Source: an uncultured Planctomycetales bacterium
Lineage (GTDB): Bacteria > Omnitrophota > Gorgyraeia > Gygaellales > Profunditerraquicolaceae
NCBI GenBank assembly: GCA_964542785.1
Contig: CAZIUK010000002.1
Location: 49,927 to 113,926 of the forward strand
Length of the DNA: 64,000 nucleotides
Direction: 5' to 3'
Of the stretch, positions 9,862-20,960 are shown in pieces. A program made the translations under genes and the position numbers. The first letter of the stretch is position 1. Each line of letters starts with the position of its first letter. The notes under the pieces were generated by a model. The model saw only the letters and a list, made by a program, of their open reading frames with translations. It was not told the DNA's origin and did no database searches.

Positions 9862-10080
9862 TTATTCTTTTGCTATAGCTAAAGTTATTACACCTGCTAA
9901 AATCAAGAACAGGCCGATACAACCTTTAACAATAATCAAAAGTAGTTTCCACCATCTTAAAATAGATATAGCTCCTAAAGCTAGAAAGACTATACCAAGA
10001 AGAACTTTTAAAATAGTAGAAAGGACTTTCTTGCCTTGAGCACAACAACTCTTCTCCTCTTTCTTAATCTCTTCTGCCAT
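9862..10080 (-). CDS. small two-TM membrane protein, unknown function
   Basis: MAEEIKKEEKSCCAQGKK is followed by two hydrophobic helices. The ATG at 10080 is preceded by a strong AGGAGG Shine-Dalgarno lying inside the last codons of the upstream LpxL-like gene. The track start at 10116 would overlap that gene. Confidence 0.4.
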   Translation of the reverse strand: MAEEIKKEEKSCCAQGKKVLSTILKVLLGIVFLALGAISILRWWKLLLIIVKGCIGLFLILAGVITLAIAKE

Positions 10081-10094
10081 TTCACACCTCCTCT

Positions 10095-11006
10095 TTAACT
10101 TGGTTGGCTCTTCCATCTACGGTGAATCCATCCCCACTCCGCAGGATAATTACATATGTATCTTTCTATTATATCGGTAAGCCTCTGTATGTTTATCAGG
10201 ATTGTATCTTCTGAGTTAGAAGATACCTGTAAATCAATAGCCGGTTCAAATATTATTTTATGCCGATCATCTTTTTGTCGTAAGATAAAACAAGGGACTA
10301 AAGCTGCTTTAGTGCGTTGAGCAAATACTATCGGCCCAGTTGCCGTAGCGGCTTTTTTGCCGAAAAAGTTTACAAATACCCCTCCAGTCCCAAAGTTCTG
10401 ATCAATGGGTATAAATACTATCTCATTGCTACGCAAGGCCTGTATTGTATTATTAACACAAGTATTTCTTGGTTGGCTATATATAGTTTTAACCCCAAAC
10501 TTATCGCGTTTCTTTAAAAAAATCTTCTCTACCCTAGGATCCCTCATGGGGCGCATAATCCCGCCAACTTTATAGCCCTTAACAGCAAGGGCACCTAACA
10601 ATAACGGGAAATTGCCAAAATGGGCGCTCACCAATATCACGCCTTTGCCTAAAGACAAAGCCTTATCTAAATTTTCTTTCCCTGCTATAAAAACCCTCTC
10701 CTTCAAAAGGTGTGGATTATCCATCAAAAACATAAGCTCTACCGCTGATTTAGCTATATAGTCAAAACACTCTCTTACTATACTACCTAATTCCTTATCA
10801 TTCTTCTTTTTGCCAAAGGCAATCCTTAAACTATCAAAAGCAATCTGTTTCTGCCTCCTTGCAAAGGTATAGGCTAAAAAACTTACTACCCGAGCAAACC
10901 CGTACAAAGACTTAGGCGGGATGATCTTAACTATCAAAGAACTTATATTTAACCCTATCCATCCTAAAAACCGGCTGAAGGTCTTTTTTATCTTTTTAAA
11001 ATCCAT
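10095..11006 (-). CDS. lipid A biosynthesis (Kdo2-lipid IVA) lauroyl/myristoyl acyltransferase, LpxL/HtrB family
   Basis: The N-terminal TM is followed by ILVSAHFGNFPL (HX4D-type acyltransferase block). The length is about 300 aa. Confidence 0.6.
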   Translation of the reverse strand: MDFKKIKKTFSRFLGWIGLNISSLIVKIIPPKSLYGFARVVSFLAYTFARRQKQIAFDSLRIAFGKKKNDKELGSIVRECFDYIAKSAVELMFLMDNPHLLKERVFIAGKENLDKALSLGKGVILVSAHFGNFPLLLGALAVKGYKVGGIMRPMRDPRVEKIFLKKRDKFGVKTIYSQPRNTCVNNTIQALRSNEIVFIPIDQNFGTGGVFVNFFGKKAATATGPIVFAQRTKAALVPCFILRQKDDRHKIIFEPAIDLQVSSNSEDTILINIQRLTDIIERYICNYPAEWGWIHRRWKSQPS

Positions 11007-11051
11007 TTATCTACGCATTATAACAAAAGAAACTTTTGCTTACAATATTAA

Positions 11052-11537
11052 TTATAACTTATAGCCTATTTTACGCAAGAAATTCTTTCGCCAAGATATA
11101 TCTGCCTCGCCTTCTATCTCTTTAGGCGACTGCCCATCTATAACTCCTATAACCCCACGGCCTAATTCCGATATAACTACAACCACTTCCACCATATTGG
11201 CAGTTGCGCAATATATAGAACATACCTCAGGGACAATCTTAATAGCATTAAGGACATTTATAGGGAAAGCATTCTTAAGCAAGATAATAAAAGAATGCCC
11301 TGCGCCTATATTAAGACAATTCTCTGCAGCAAGTTCTTTAAGAGCCCAACTGTTCCCTTCAACCCTTATCTTGCAAGCTCCGCTAGCTTCGGCAAAAGCA
11401 ACTCCAAACTCTATCCCCGGCAAACTATTAACTAACGCCTCATGAAGATCCTCCAGAGTCTTGATAAAATGGCTCTGTCCTATAATTATATTTACATCTT
11501 CAGGTTTATTAATCCTTATCAATTTTAATTCAAACAT
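11052..11537 (-). CDS. adenosine-specific kinase-like protein (COG1839/PF04008-type)
   Basis: IIGQSHFIKTLEDLHEAL...NIGAGHSFIILLKNAFPINVLNAIK...GVIDGQSP...WRKNFLRKIGYKL matches my recollection of this small archaeal/bacterial family. No search was possible to confirm it. Confidence 0.4.
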   Translation of the reverse strand: MFELKLIRINKPEDVNIIIGQSHFIKTLEDLHEALVNSLPGIEFGVAFAEASGACKIRVEGNSWALKELAAENCLNIGAGHSFIILLKNAFPINVLNAIKIVPEVCSIYCATANMVEVVVVISELGRGVIGVIDGQSPKEIEGEADISWRKNFLRKIGYKL

Positions 11538-11549
11538 GCCCCCTCCTTG

Positions 11550-12944
11550 TTAATTTATATCAATCCTCCTAAAACCCGTTGTATAAATAGAACTGCCATT
11601 CTCTTCTTCTTTCCCTATATATGCCCTTACCGAAACAAATATGAAATCGGGGGAGCCTAAGGAGGCAAGGGGTATCTTTAATTTCAATGCTGTCGGCTCT
11701 AATTCCAAAGAAGCGCCTTTTAAAGAAGTCTGTTTTTTACCATCAAAGGCTTTAAATCTGTTGTATTTTGTCAGGATACGTACCTTAGGCATAAGGCTAA
11801 ACTGGCTCTTATAATTATAACCGAATATGTAAAAAACCGTAGAAAATCTGCGGACTATATGTTTAGGTTTTTCAACCTTAATAACTAAACTTTTATCTAA
11901 AAGGGCGTAACTAACCCTTTCTCCTTCTTCAAAAAACTTACCCTCCCCTTTTTCTTTAAGCTCAAAACTTGTATCCAAAAACATTTTTAAAAACCCAAAA
12001 TAAGATACCTTCTTGTCTTTAGACTGATTATTCAAAAAAATAGGAGGATAATCACCAAATAATTCATTCTTGCGCGCAAAGGATAAAAGATAAAAAGCGC
12101 TCGACATCGTCTGGCTTTTATAAGTAAGTACCGCCTGCCTCTTTTTTTCAAGCTGTTCAGGAGATAAAACAAACTCAAGCCACCCTATCTGCGAATCCGA
12201 AAGCCCTTCCGGAGGAGTTAAAGATAATTTCGGATGATAATGCCTTGGCAGAGGCCAACCAACATGGTGTATTAAATACGGGTAGACTACCGGTTGCTGA
12301 ATTTTGCTTCTTAAGTCAGCAAGCGCTATCTGTAAAAAAAGATAAAAAGACTTGTGGTCAAGATTAACATCCGCAGGGTGAGAGACAAAAATTTTTTGCG
12401 GTTGATAATCTAATATTATTTTTTTTAAATCTGCGATAATACTCTCCCCCACATAAGGAGAGCCAAAAGAAAAACTACTCTTATAAGGCACATTAGCTAT
12501 CCTAGTCATAAGAGAATAATAAGGCTTATCCGTATCCCAATACCTTGCAAAGATGCTAAAGGTGCCAAAATCCGGATATCCTAAGAATATAAGATCATCT
12601 TTATCTACCCCTAGAAGACTCATCGCCTCAATAGCCTCTTGCCTACGAACCTCGCCTAAGGCTATAAACTCTTTTTGCTTAAAAACAATCCTCTTCTTAT
12701 ATACAATAAAGCCAAACTGGTTATGTTCGCCATTAGTCAGATAAACTATTTTGACCCTAGCCCCTGAAGCAAGAGCCTCTTGAATAACCCCTGCGCAGCC
12801 AATAACCTCATCATCCGGATGAGGAGCGAGTATAAGGACGCGTTCTCCTTCATTAAATTGGCCTAATTTTTCTGCTACTAAAGACTCTGCGGCAGATAAG
12901 GGGCTTAAAAAAAATAGAATAAATATAAGGATATAATAAAACAT
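11550..12944 (-). CDS. secreted PIG-L/LmbE-family N-deacetylase with C-terminal domain of unknown function
   Basis: It has a signal peptide, then LILAPHPDDEVIGCAG (HPDDE motif) and TNGEHN. A roughly 200-aa C-terminal extension follows. Confidence 0.55.
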   Translation of the reverse strand: MFYYILIFILFFLSPLSAAESLVAEKLGQFNEGERVLILAPHPDDEVIGCAGVIQEALASGARVKIVYLTNGEHNQFGFIVYKKRIVFKQKEFIALGEVRRQEAIEAMSLLGVDKDDLIFLGYPDFGTFSIFARYWDTDKPYYSLMTRIANVPYKSSFSFGSPYVGESIIADLKKIILDYQPQKIFVSHPADVNLDHKSFYLFLQIALADLRSKIQQPVVYPYLIHHVGWPLPRHYHPKLSLTPPEGLSDSQIGWLEFVLSPEQLEKKRQAVLTYKSQTMSSAFYLLSFARKNELFGDYPPIFLNNQSKDKKVSYFGFLKMFLDTSFELKEKGEGKFFEEGERVSYALLDKSLVIKVEKPKHIVRRFSTVFYIFGYNYKSQFSLMPKVRILTKYNRFKAFDGKKQTSLKGASLELEPTALKLKIPLASLGSPDFIFVSVRAYIGKEEENGSSIYTTGFRRIDIN

Positions 12945-13045
12945 TTTATTTATCTTATGGATGCCTCATTATATTAGCCTTCAAAATACTGTCAACAGCT
13001 TTATTCTTAGTTTACCTGTAGATGCATATAGAAAGTTAAAATAGC

Positions 13046-13073
13046 TTGCAAAGGCCAAGTTAAGCCTTACAAT
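13046..13073 (+). promoter_or_regulatory. candidate sigma70-like promoter (TTGCAA-16nt-TACAAT) giving a near-leaderless CDF transcript
   Basis: The -35 TTGCAA is at 13046-13051 and the -10 TACAAT at 13068-13073 with a 16-nt spacer. The ATG is at 13080, only 7 nt beyond the -10. Confidence 0.3.
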
Positions 13074-13079
13074 ATTAGC

Positions 13080-13952
13080 ATGCAAACAAAAAATAAAGAC
13101 TATGGACAGATAAAGCGGGTTTTAATCATTGTATTGGCTCTGAACTGGCTTGTAGCTTTAATAAAAGCTTTTTTTGGTATAATCTCACGCTCATCAAGCA
13201 TGACTGCAGACGGGTTACACTCTTTCTCTGATGGAACATCCAACATAATAGGACTTATCGGCATATATTTTGCCTTTAAGACAAGGGACGAGGATCATCC
13301 TTATGGACATAGAAAATACGAAACATTTTTCTCCTTAGGGATTGCCTTTCTTCTTTTTTTAGTAGCGCTGAGCATCATACAAGAGAGTCTAAGGCGCTTT
13401 TCAAATAACATTACCCCCCAAATCAATGTTTTAAGTTTTATTGTAATGGCCGCTACCATAATTATAAATTACCTAGTAATGCGCTATGAAAACAAAATGG
13501 GCCTCCAATTAAATAGCGATATACTTATCTCTGATGCCATGCATACACAAGCCGATATATTTACCTCTTTCTCAGTTATATTAGCACTTATCGCAGTAAA
13601 GCTTGGATTTCCTATCTTAGACCCTATCACCTCAATAATAATATCCTCTTATATTATCTATTCCGGTTATAAAATAGCGCGTAAGAGTTCAGCGATACTC
13701 TGCGATACTTCCCCTATATCGGACATAAAGCAAATCAAAGATATAGTCTTAAAAACCCCCGGAGTTAAATCTTGTCATAAAATACGCTCGCGCGGTAGGC
13801 CAAATGAGGTTTATCTTGATTTACATGTACAGGTGGATAAAAATATGGATATGGGTACTGCGCATAAAATAAGCTATATGGTCGAAAACTCCATAAAAAA
13901 ATACATGCCGCAGGTAACCGATATTATAATACATATGGAGCCGGACAATTAA
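13080..13952 (+). CDS. cation diffusion facilitator (CDF) family metal efflux transporter
   Basis: HSFSDGTSN in TM2 and the DEDHPYGHRKYE loop are classic CzcD/FieF-type features, and the hydrophobicity profile shows six TM segments. Confidence 0.75.
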   Translation: MQTKNKDYGQIKRVLIIVLALNWLVALIKAFFGIISRSSSMTADGLHSFSDGTSNIIGLIGIYFAFKTRDEDHPYGHRKYETFFSLGIAFLLFLVALSIIQESLRRFSNNITPQINVLSFIVMAATIIINYLVMRYENKMGLQLNSDILISDAMHTQADIFTSFSVILALIAVKLGFPILDPITSIIISSYIIYSGYKIARKSSAILCDTSPISDIKQIKDIVLKTPGVKSCHKIRSRGRPNEVYLDLHVQVDKNMDMGTAHKISYMVENSIKKYMPQVTDIIIHMEPDN

Positions 13953-15454
13953 CGGCCGAAAAATCTACCCCTAAAGATAACGGATAAAAGAATATACAAT
14001 AAACAAAAAACAGGCAAAAAATCTCCGTATAGGTTATAAAATGTCTTAGGTAGGTTTAAGATTTGTATAACGGCTGACTTATGCCCTGGAACAAATAAAG
14101 CCTCTTTATTGCTTGCTTTTACCGAATCAAAGATTTTACCCATCGGGGATATAAAAGCAGAGATGCCGGTATTAGCAGAACGAACAACATTCACCCTGTT
14201 CTCAATTGCCCTTAAGACAGAGGCAGAGAGATGTTGATAAGCTTCAGGAGTCTTGCCAAACCATGCATCATTAGTTATATTCACCAAGAATTTAGCTCCG
14301 TATCTTACAAAGTTTCTCGCTAACCCAGGAAAGACATCCTCAAAACAGATTAAAACTCCAAAATCTTCCAAAACGGTAAAGATGGTATAATCCTTGCCTT
14401 TAGATATATCCCCTATCGGGGCAATTTTATCCAAAACCTTTACAACCCTCCTAAACGGGACAAATTCACCAAAAGGGACTAAATGCAATTTATCATACTG
14501 ACTTATTAACTCTCCTTTCTCTGATAATAACAAAGCACTATTATAGTAAAGTCCTCTCCTCTGAGTAACCGCACCAAAAATAAGGTTTTTTTTGATTGTA
14601 TTTACATAACCCTTAAGACTTTGATAATATACCGGCTCTTCTTCTAAGACAACCGGGAGCGCAGCCTCAGGCCAGATAATTAACTCAGGATCTTTCAAAA
14701 CTGCCTCATCTGTAAGTTCAAAACATCTTTGCATTATAAAATTCCGTGCTGCCGGGTCCCATTTTAATCTTTGGGAGATGTTAGGTTGAATAACAGAAAT
14801 ATTTATCTTCTTAAGAGGCTCTATATTTTTTAAAAAAGATAGGCGGTAAAAACCATAGAATAAGACTAAAAAGACTACCGCGGTAATAACGGCTAAAGTT
14901 ATTTTCAAACTTAAAAACAAATTCTTTTTCTTAAACTGCAGTATCTCTGCTATCGCAACATTTGAAAAAATTAAAAAAAAGGAAACTCCCCAGATGCCAA
15001 AAATATCCGCAATCTGCACTAAGGGTAAATTAAGATACTGTGAATAGCCTAACAAAGCCCAAGGAAACCCCGTAAAAATATGGCTGCGTGCATATTCAAG
15101 CAAAACCCAAGCCGAAGGGGCAAAGATAAGCAACCCTGATTTAAAAGATTTAATATTATAATAAAGAAACAGGCCGAATAGAATAAAATATAAAGAGAGG
15201 TATAAGGATAATACTATTACCCCTAATAAGGTAACATTGGCAAGCCAATAAATAACAAGGCCCCAAAAAGTTATCCCGCTTACGAAAAATAACTTAACTA
15301 TTTGTTTTAATCTTTTGTTATTAGTTTTAAGAAGAATAGGAACAAGAGCAAACCACGAAAAAAACCATAAATTACCGTTATTAAAAGGCAGGGCTAAGAG
15401 AACCCCGGAAAAAATACCGGCAAAGATAGAAGAACCTATTATCTTCCGCAACAT
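13949..15454 (-). CDS. lnt: apolipoprotein N-acyltransferase
   Basis: An N-terminal multi-TM region is followed by a CN-hydrolase domain with LICFEDVFP and NITNDAWFG. Confidence 0.75.
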   Translation of the reverse strand: MLRKIIGSSIFAGIFSGVLLALPFNNGNLWFFSWFALVPILLKTNNKRLKQIVKLFFVSGITFWGLVIYWLANVTLLGVIVLSLYLSLYFILFGLFLYYNIKSFKSGLLIFAPSAWVLLEYARSHIFTGFPWALLGYSQYLNLPLVQIADIFGIWGVSFFLIFSNVAIAEILQFKKKNLFLSLKITLAVITAVVFLVLFYGFYRLSFLKNIEPLKKINISVIQPNISQRLKWDPAARNFIMQRCFELTDEAVLKDPELIIWPEAALPVVLEEEPVYYQSLKGYVNTIKKNLIFGAVTQRRGLYYNSALLLSEKGELISQYDKLHLVPFGEFVPFRRVVKVLDKIAPIGDISKGKDYTIFTVLEDFGVLICFEDVFPGLARNFVRYGAKFLVNITNDAWFGKTPEAYQHLSASVLRAIENRVNVVRSANTGISAFISPMGKIFDSVKASNKEALFVPGHKSAVIQILNLPKTFYNLYGDFLPVFCLLYILLSVIFRGRFFGR

Positions 15455-18369
15455 TTTTTATACTTCTTTCCGGAGCCGCAAGGGCACGGATCATTGCGGC
15501 CTGTCTTAGAGGAAGATGACTTTACGGTCAGATTTAAAGGAAGCCCCTTCTCATTATTAAAGCCCGCGCTTTCACCTTTAGAAAAGCCTTGGCGCTGCAA
15601 TTGAGCGTTTTCAAGGCGTATGAGTTTTTGGGAGAGAGAATTAAAAACTCCACTTAACCTCTCTGTCCCCTTAGCCTCTAATTTAAATATAAGCTCTACA
15701 GCTTGGCTCTCAATACCTGCGACCATCTCTTTAAACATGCTAAACGCTTCATTTTTATATTCTATAAGCGGGTCACGCTGGCCATAGGCCCTTAATCCTA
15801 TCCCCTCGCATAAACTATCCATGGCAAATAAATGGTCCTTCCACTTACTATCTATGATCTGTAAAAAGACCATGCGCTCTAAGTGACGCAATAAACCACT
15901 ACCCATAACCCTTTCTTTTTCTTCATAAATATTCAATACTCTATTATAGAGGTTATTTTTTAAAACCTCTTCTTTGGCTATAGATAACTGCGCAACATCC
16001 TCTTCAAGCAATTCAAGTCCAAACCTTAACTTTAACTCGGTTAATAATCCACTTAAGTTTATCTCCTTGTCTAAAGAAAGATTAAGGTCTATTAAACCTT
16101 CAACAGAACTCTTTAATATTTCTGTTATCTCTTCTTTTAAGGATATACCCTCGAGTATCTCTCTGCGCTGAGAATAAATTATCTCCCTTTGTTTATTCAT
16201 TACATTATCATACTCTAGGAGCTGTTTTCTTATCTCAAAATTATGCTGCTCTACGCGCCTCTGAGCGATTTCAATAGAGCGGCTTACCCAAGGGTGTTCA
16301 ATAACTTGTCCCTCTTCAAGCCCAAATTTATCCATCATCCCTATTAACCTCTCAGAGCCAAACAGCCGCATTAAATCATCTTTTAAAGAGACATAAAAGC
16401 GCGATGACCCCGGGTCTCCCTGCCTACCACTTCTTCCGCGTAGCTGATTATCAATCCTGCGCGCCTCATGCCTCTCCGTGCCTAAAATATGCAACCCCCC
16501 AAGCCCTACTATTTTTTCATGCTCCTGCCTTGTTGCTTCTTTATATCTCTCTAATATCTTTCTGTATTCTTCTTGGTAATTGCTATCCTCAAGGTCTAAT
16601 TTCTGACGGGCTAAACTCTTAGCCATAAACTCAGGATTGCCCCCTAACAATATATCTGTCCCGCGGCCAGCCATATTAGTTGCAATGGTAACCGCCTTAA
16701 ATCTTCCTGCCTGAGCAACTATCTGCGCTTCCAACTCATGATACTTGGCATTAAGCACCTGATGCGCTATCCCACGGACCTTGAGCATCTCTGAAAGCTT
16801 TTCAGATTTATCTATTGATATCGTTCCTACTAATACCGGCTTGCCTGAATCGTACAATTGGGCTATCTCTTCAACTACCGCAGAGAATTTCTCTTCTTCA
16901 GTCTTATAAATCCGATCAGGGTAGTTCTTGCGGATTAAAGGCTTATTTGTAGGGATAACTACCACATCTAACTGGTATATATTTTTAAACTCATTTGCCT
17001 CAGTAAAAGCCGTCCCGGTCATACCAGAGAGTTTTTCATACATCCTAAAATAATTCTGAAAAGTTACAGTTGCTAAGGTCTGATTTTCCCTCTCTATCTT
17101 AACCCCCTCTTTTGCCTCAACTGCCTGATGGAGGCCATCAGACCAACGCCTCCCCGGCATCATCCTTCCGGTAAACTCATCAACAATAATAACCTCTCCG
17201 TCTTTTAATACATAATCTACATCCCGAAAATAAAACTCCTTAGCCCTTAAAGCCGCTATGGTATGATGCCTATAATCTATCGTCTCAATGCTATGCAGGC
17301 TTTCAACGCCCCACAGTTTAGCTGCCCTTACCTCTCCTGACTCGGTAAGCGCTATTGTATGCGCTTTCTCATCAGCAATATAATCAAAACCCTCTCCTAA
17401 ATCTATCCCTTTGTACTTAGCATCTATCTCATCTCTTTCCGTAACTCTCTTACCTTTTAATTGCAAGGAGAATTGGTAAGCCTTATAGTATTTTTCAGTA
17501 GATTCCTCCGCCGGGCCTGAGATTATAAGCGGGGTGCGCGCTTCATCTATCAGAATAGAATCAACCTCATCTACAATAGCATAATAAAACGGCCTCTGGA
17601 CTAAATCTTCCAAAGAATACTTCATATTGTCGCGCAGATAATCAAAGCCAAACTCATTATTCGTCCCGTAGGTAATATCGCAAGCATAGGCAAGCCTTCT
17701 CTCCTCATCAGACATCTCATGCTGGATTGCTCCAACAGTAAGGCCTAAGAACTCATAAATAGGACCCATCCATTCGCGGTCCCTTTTAGCAAGATAATCG
17801 TTAACCGTAACTATATGCACCCCTTTACCCAGAAGCGCATTAAGATAAGCAGGCAGAGTAGCTACTAAAGTCTTTCCTTCACCTGTTGCCATCTCAGCTA
17901 TCTTACCTTCATGAAGTATAATCCCACCGGCAATCTGAGAATCAAAGTGCCTTAAGCCTATCCTCCTTAAAGATGCCTCCCTTACAACAGCAAAAGCCTC
18001 AGGAAGTACCCCTTCAAAAATCTTATTACGCACAAACTTGATTTTCTCCCTTATCTTCTCCTTCTCTTCGGGGATAGCTACTTCAGACATTAATACTCGC
18101 AATTCTTCTATCCGAGGGGCAAAAATTAAAGATTTACCTTTTATCTTCTCTTTAAAATACAAGGTCTTCTCTCTAAGCTGCGCATCGGTTAGGAGTTTAA
18201 TATCTTTTTCTAGGCTATTTATCTTATGGATTAAGCCCGCTACATCCGCCATCTTTGCCATAGAAGGCTGCGGCATGTCTGAATGAAGGAATATATTTAC
18301 TCCCGGAGCATTTTTATTTATCACTCTCTGCTTGCTATTTAAAATTAACTTCTTAATAAAACCAAACAT
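15439..18369 (-). CDS. secA: preprotein translocase ATPase SecA
   Basis: The DEAD-like motor ([28 protein letters not shown]), [23 protein letters not shown] and the C-terminal Zn finger [14 protein letters not shown] are all present. There is an N-terminal insertion of about 30 aa relative to E. coli. Confidence 0.95.
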   Translation of the reverse strand: MFGFIKKLILNSKQRVINKNAPGVNIFLHSDMPQPSMAKMADVAGLIHKINSLEKDIKLLTDAQLREKTLYFKEKIKGKSLIFAPRIEELRVLMSEVAIPEEKEKIREKIKFVRNKIFEGVLPEAFAVVREASLRRIGLRHFDSQIAGGIILHEGKIAEMATGEGKTLVATLPAYLNALLGKGVHIVTVNDYLAKRDREWMGPIYEFLGLTVGAIQHEMSDEERRLAYACDITYGTNNEFGFDYLRDNMKYSLEDLVQRPFYYAIVDEVDSILIDEARTPLIISGPAEESTEKYYKAYQFSLQLKGKRVTERDEIDAKYKGIDLGEGFDYIADEKAHTIALTESGEVRAAKLWGVESLHSIETIDYRHHTIAALRAKEFYFRDVDYVLKDGEVIIVDEFTGRMMPGRRWSDGLHQAVEAKEGVKIERENQTLATVTFQNYFRMYEKLSGMTGTAFTEANEFKNIYQLDVVVIPTNKPLIRKNYPDRIYKTEEEKFSAVVEEIAQLYDSGKPVLVGTISIDKSEKLSEMLKVRGIAHQVLNAKYHELEAQIVAQAGRFKAVTIATNMAGRGTDILLGGNPEFMAKSLARQKLDLEDSNYQEEYRKILERYKEATRQEHEKIVGLGGLHILGTERHEARRIDNQLRGRSGRQGDPGSSRFYVSLKDDLMRLFGSERLIGMMDKFGLEEGQVIEHPWVSRSIEIAQRRVEQHNFEIRKQLLEYDNVMNKQREIIYSQRREILEGISLKEEITEILKSSVEGLIDLNLSLDKEINLSGLLTELKLRFGLELLEEDVAQLSIAKEEVLKNNLYNRVLNIYEEKERVMGSGLLRHLERMVFLQIIDSKWKDHLFAMDSLCEGIGLRAYGQRDPLIEYKNEAFSMFKEMVAGIESQAVELIFKLEAKGTERLSGVFNSLSQKLIRLENAQLQRQGFSKGESAGFNNEKGLPLNLTVKSSSSKTGRNDPCPCGSGKKYKKCCGR

Positions 18370-18382
18370 GCTTTATCCTTTT

Positions 18383-19505
18383 TTATTTCTGCCTCTGGTT
18401 TAACTCAAATAATTTTTTATATCTTAGATACGCCTCAATAAACTTATCTATCTCTCCGTCCATAACCTTATCTACGTCTGCTGTTTGAAAATCCGTGCGG
18501 TGGTCTTTAACCATACTATAAGGGTGCATTACATAAGAGCGTATCTGGCTACCGAATTCAATCCTTTTTTTCCCACCGGCATATTCTTTTAACAATTCTT
18601 CTTCTTTTTTACTCCTCTCTAATTCATAGATGCGCGATTTTAAAATCTTAAAAGCCATCTCTTTATTCTGATGCTGGGAACGCTCATTCTGGCACTGAAC
18701 AACTATCCCTGTAGGTATATGCGTAATGCGGACTGCGGAGTCGGTAGTATTTACGCTTTGCCCCCCTGCTCCTTTTGAACGATAAACATCAATACGTAAA
18801 TCTTTTTCCCTTAACCCTATATCTGTATCTTCCTTTATCTGCGGGATAACATCAATAGAAGCAAAAGAGGTATGCCTGCGCTTATTAGTATCAAAAGGGG
18901 ATATCCTTACTAAACGGTGAACACCACTCTCGGGCTTCAGGTAACCATACGCATAGGGGCCTTCAATTAATAATGTAACGTTCTTTATCCCTGCTTCTTC
19001 TCCGTAAAGTATGTCCGTTGTTTCAATATTATACCCACGCCTTTCTGCAAAGCGTGTATATAACCTTAAAAGCATCCCTGCCCAATCACAGGACTCAGTC
19101 CCACCGGCTCCGGCATTAATGCTTAATATGGCATTTCCGGAATCAAACTCTCCCGAAAGAAGCGTCTTAAACTCAAGTCCTTCAAGTTCTGCTGCAAGCC
19201 TATTTGTCTCTTGTTCTAAGTTGTGTAATAAATCGCCGTCTTTGAGGGTAGTAACGAACAATAAATCCTTAAGCTCCTTATACTTCTTTGCCGCTAAATC
19301 CCACGGCTCAACGATACTTCTTAACTCTTTAAGCTCCCTTACTACCTTTGTGGACCCCTCGGAATCCTGCCAAAAACCCGCAGAAGACATCTTCTCGGAT
19401 AACCTTACGATAGAACCTTTCTTTTTATCAATGTCAAAGATAACCTCTTAGTTGAAGTAGAGTAGCTTCAATACCGGCAAGTTTTGAACTTAGATCTTCT
19501 ATCAT
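18383..19505 (-). CDS. prfB: peptide chain release factor 2, expressed via programmed +1 ribosomal frameshift
   Basis: The main ORF has SPF and GGQ motifs but lacks the N-terminus. An upstream short ORF (ATG at 19505, MIEDLSSKLAGIEATLLQLRGYL) ends at an in-frame TGA within CTT TGA C. The +1 frame continues DIDKKKGSIVRL..., colinear with the E. coli RF2 N-terminus. An AAGGAGA Shine-Dalgarno precedes the ATG. Confidence 0.9.
19433..19448 (-). promoter_or_regulatory. prfB: prfB autoregulatory +1 frameshift site (internal SD-like AGAGGT, spacer TAT, CTT TGA C)
   Basis: On the minus strand the sequence reads AGAGGT TAT CTT TGA C (CTT 19439-19437, TGA 19436-19434). The architecture matches E. coli AGGGGG UAU CUU UGA C. 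Confidence 0.8.
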
Positions 19506-19536
19506 AAACTAATTCTCCTTAGAACTTAATTATCTC

Positions 19537-20610
19537 TTAAGATTTCTTGATGCCTTTTAAAGAAAGAGAAAACTCTTCCTTATTATCCGAAAATTCCGCA
19601 GCAACATTTTCGCTTACCTTTCCCTCTTTTACCAGCTTGACTAAAGATTGATTGAAAGACTGCATGCCGAAGATATTCCCGTCTTCAATAAATTGGGGGA
19701 TCTCCCAAAACTTTCCTTCCCGAATAAGCCTGCTTATCGTAGGCGTAAGCAGCATAATTTCATAAGCAGGGACGCGCCCTCCTCCTTCTTTTAAAGGAAG
19801 CAACCTTAAAGATATTATGCCTTTAAGTATTGAAGATAGCTGATTACGGACTTCCTGATGTTGATAAGGCGGAAAAAAATTGATAATCCTCTCTACGCTC
19901 TGCGCGGCATTTATGGTATGAAGCGTGCTTAAAACCAACACCCCGGTTTCAGCGGCAGTCATAGCACTTGACATCGTCTCTAAATCCCTGATATTGCCTA
20001 TAAATAGGACATCCGGAGACTGCAATGTAAACGCGCGTAAGGCATTTTGGTAAGAACGGACATCCAACGAAACTTCGCGCTGATTAATCAACGACTCTTT
20101 ATCCTGAAAAACAAACTCTATCGGATTCTCAATGGTTAAAATGTGCTTTCTGCTGTTTGCATTAATATACTCTACCATGCTGGCTATAGTAGTAGATTTG
20201 CCACTGCCCATACTACCGGTTAAAAGCACCAGACCGCCTCTGTCCATAGAGAGTTTCTCCAATACTTCGGACGGCAGATTTAAATCCTTAAAACTCTGGG
20301 TAACTTTGTTTACCCTTCTTATAACCAAAGAAGGCCAGTTCCTCTGCAAGAATAAACTAACTCTAAAACGAGTATCAAGTTCTTTTATATAAATCGTAAA
20401 ATCAATATCAAGATTGTTATTAAAATCATCCCTCTGTTTTGAATTAGTCAACGCCTCAGTAGCCTCAGTTACATCATCTACAGTAAGCAATCTATCCCCT
20501 GCAATAACCAGTCTACCGTCTATGCGCAGGCGCGGGTAGCCCCCGGCACGAAAGAATAAATCAGAGGCCGCTTTCTCAACCATGTCTTTTAATAATAATT
20601 TAATATCCAT
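19537..20610 (-). CDS. pilT: type IV pilus retraction ATPase PilT (twitching motility)
   Basis: Walker A GSMGSGKSTT is present, and NPIEFVF, DVLFIGNIRD and the His box STLHTINAAQS are typical of the PilT/PilU family. Confidence 0.8.
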   Translation of the reverse strand: MDIKLLLKDMVEKAASDLFFRAGGYPRLRIDGRLVIAGDRLLTVDDVTEATEALTNSKQRDDFNNNLDIDFTIYIKELDTRFRVSLFLQRNWPSLVIRRVNKVTQSFKDLNLPSEVLEKLSMDRGGLVLLTGSMGSGKSTTIASMVEYINANSRKHILTIENPIEFVFQDKESLINQREVSLDVRSYQNALRAFTLQSPDVLFIGNIRDLETMSSAMTAAETGVLVLSTLHTINAAQSVERIINFFPPYQHQEVRNQLSSILKGIISLRLLPLKEGGGRVPAYEIMLLTPTISRLIREGKFWEIPQFIEDGNIFGMQSFNQSLVKLVKEGKVSENVAAEFSDNKEEFSLSLKGIKKS

Positions 20611-20630
20611 ATCCCCTCCGTTTAAACTGA

Positions 20631-20960
20631 TTATAGCATCTTCTTAGGTTTTAGAGTAGATAAAATGTTTTTGCTTTTTTTTAAATCTTTACTTTTTAAG
20701 CATTTTAAAATCTCTGCTTCAACTCTAAGTAGCCTTTTTTTAGCCCTCTTGCCAAAGGCATAGTTCCCAAGAATATTATTGCTTTTTATCACCCTATGAC
20801 AAGGTATGATAAACGGCCAAGGGTTCTTTTTTAATAATGTCCCTACGGCCCTATAAGCGCCCGGAGATCCTGCCTTATTCGCCACCCACCCGTATGTGCG
20901 GACTTGGCCTAAAGGTATCCTAGATACTACCCTGTAAACTCTCCTGGCAAAAGGAGTCAT
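20631..20960 (-). CDS. MGMT-family DNA-binding domain protein (methylated-DNA--protein-cysteine methyltransferase C-domain only)
   Basis: YGWVA..AGSPGAYRAVG...IPCHRVI (PCHR active-site cysteine retained) fits the family. The gene is 109 aa and has an ATGA overlap with the upstream uvrC-like gene. Confidence 0.65.
   Translation of the reverse strand: MTPFARRVYRVVSRIPLGQVRTYGWVANKAGSPGAYRAVGTLLKKNPWPFIIPCHRVIKSNNILGNYAFGKRAKKRLLRVEAEILKCLKSKDLKKSKNILSTLKPKKML

Noticed and set aside
15439-18369. A possible alternative SecA start at the internal [10 protein letters not shown]..., which would remove the N-terminal insertion.
   Set aside because: The first ATG ([15 protein letters not shown]) aligns with the canonical SecA N-terminus (MLIKLLTKVFGSRNDR) and sits 13 nt after the prfB stop. 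The insertion therefore appears genuine rather than a mis-called start.
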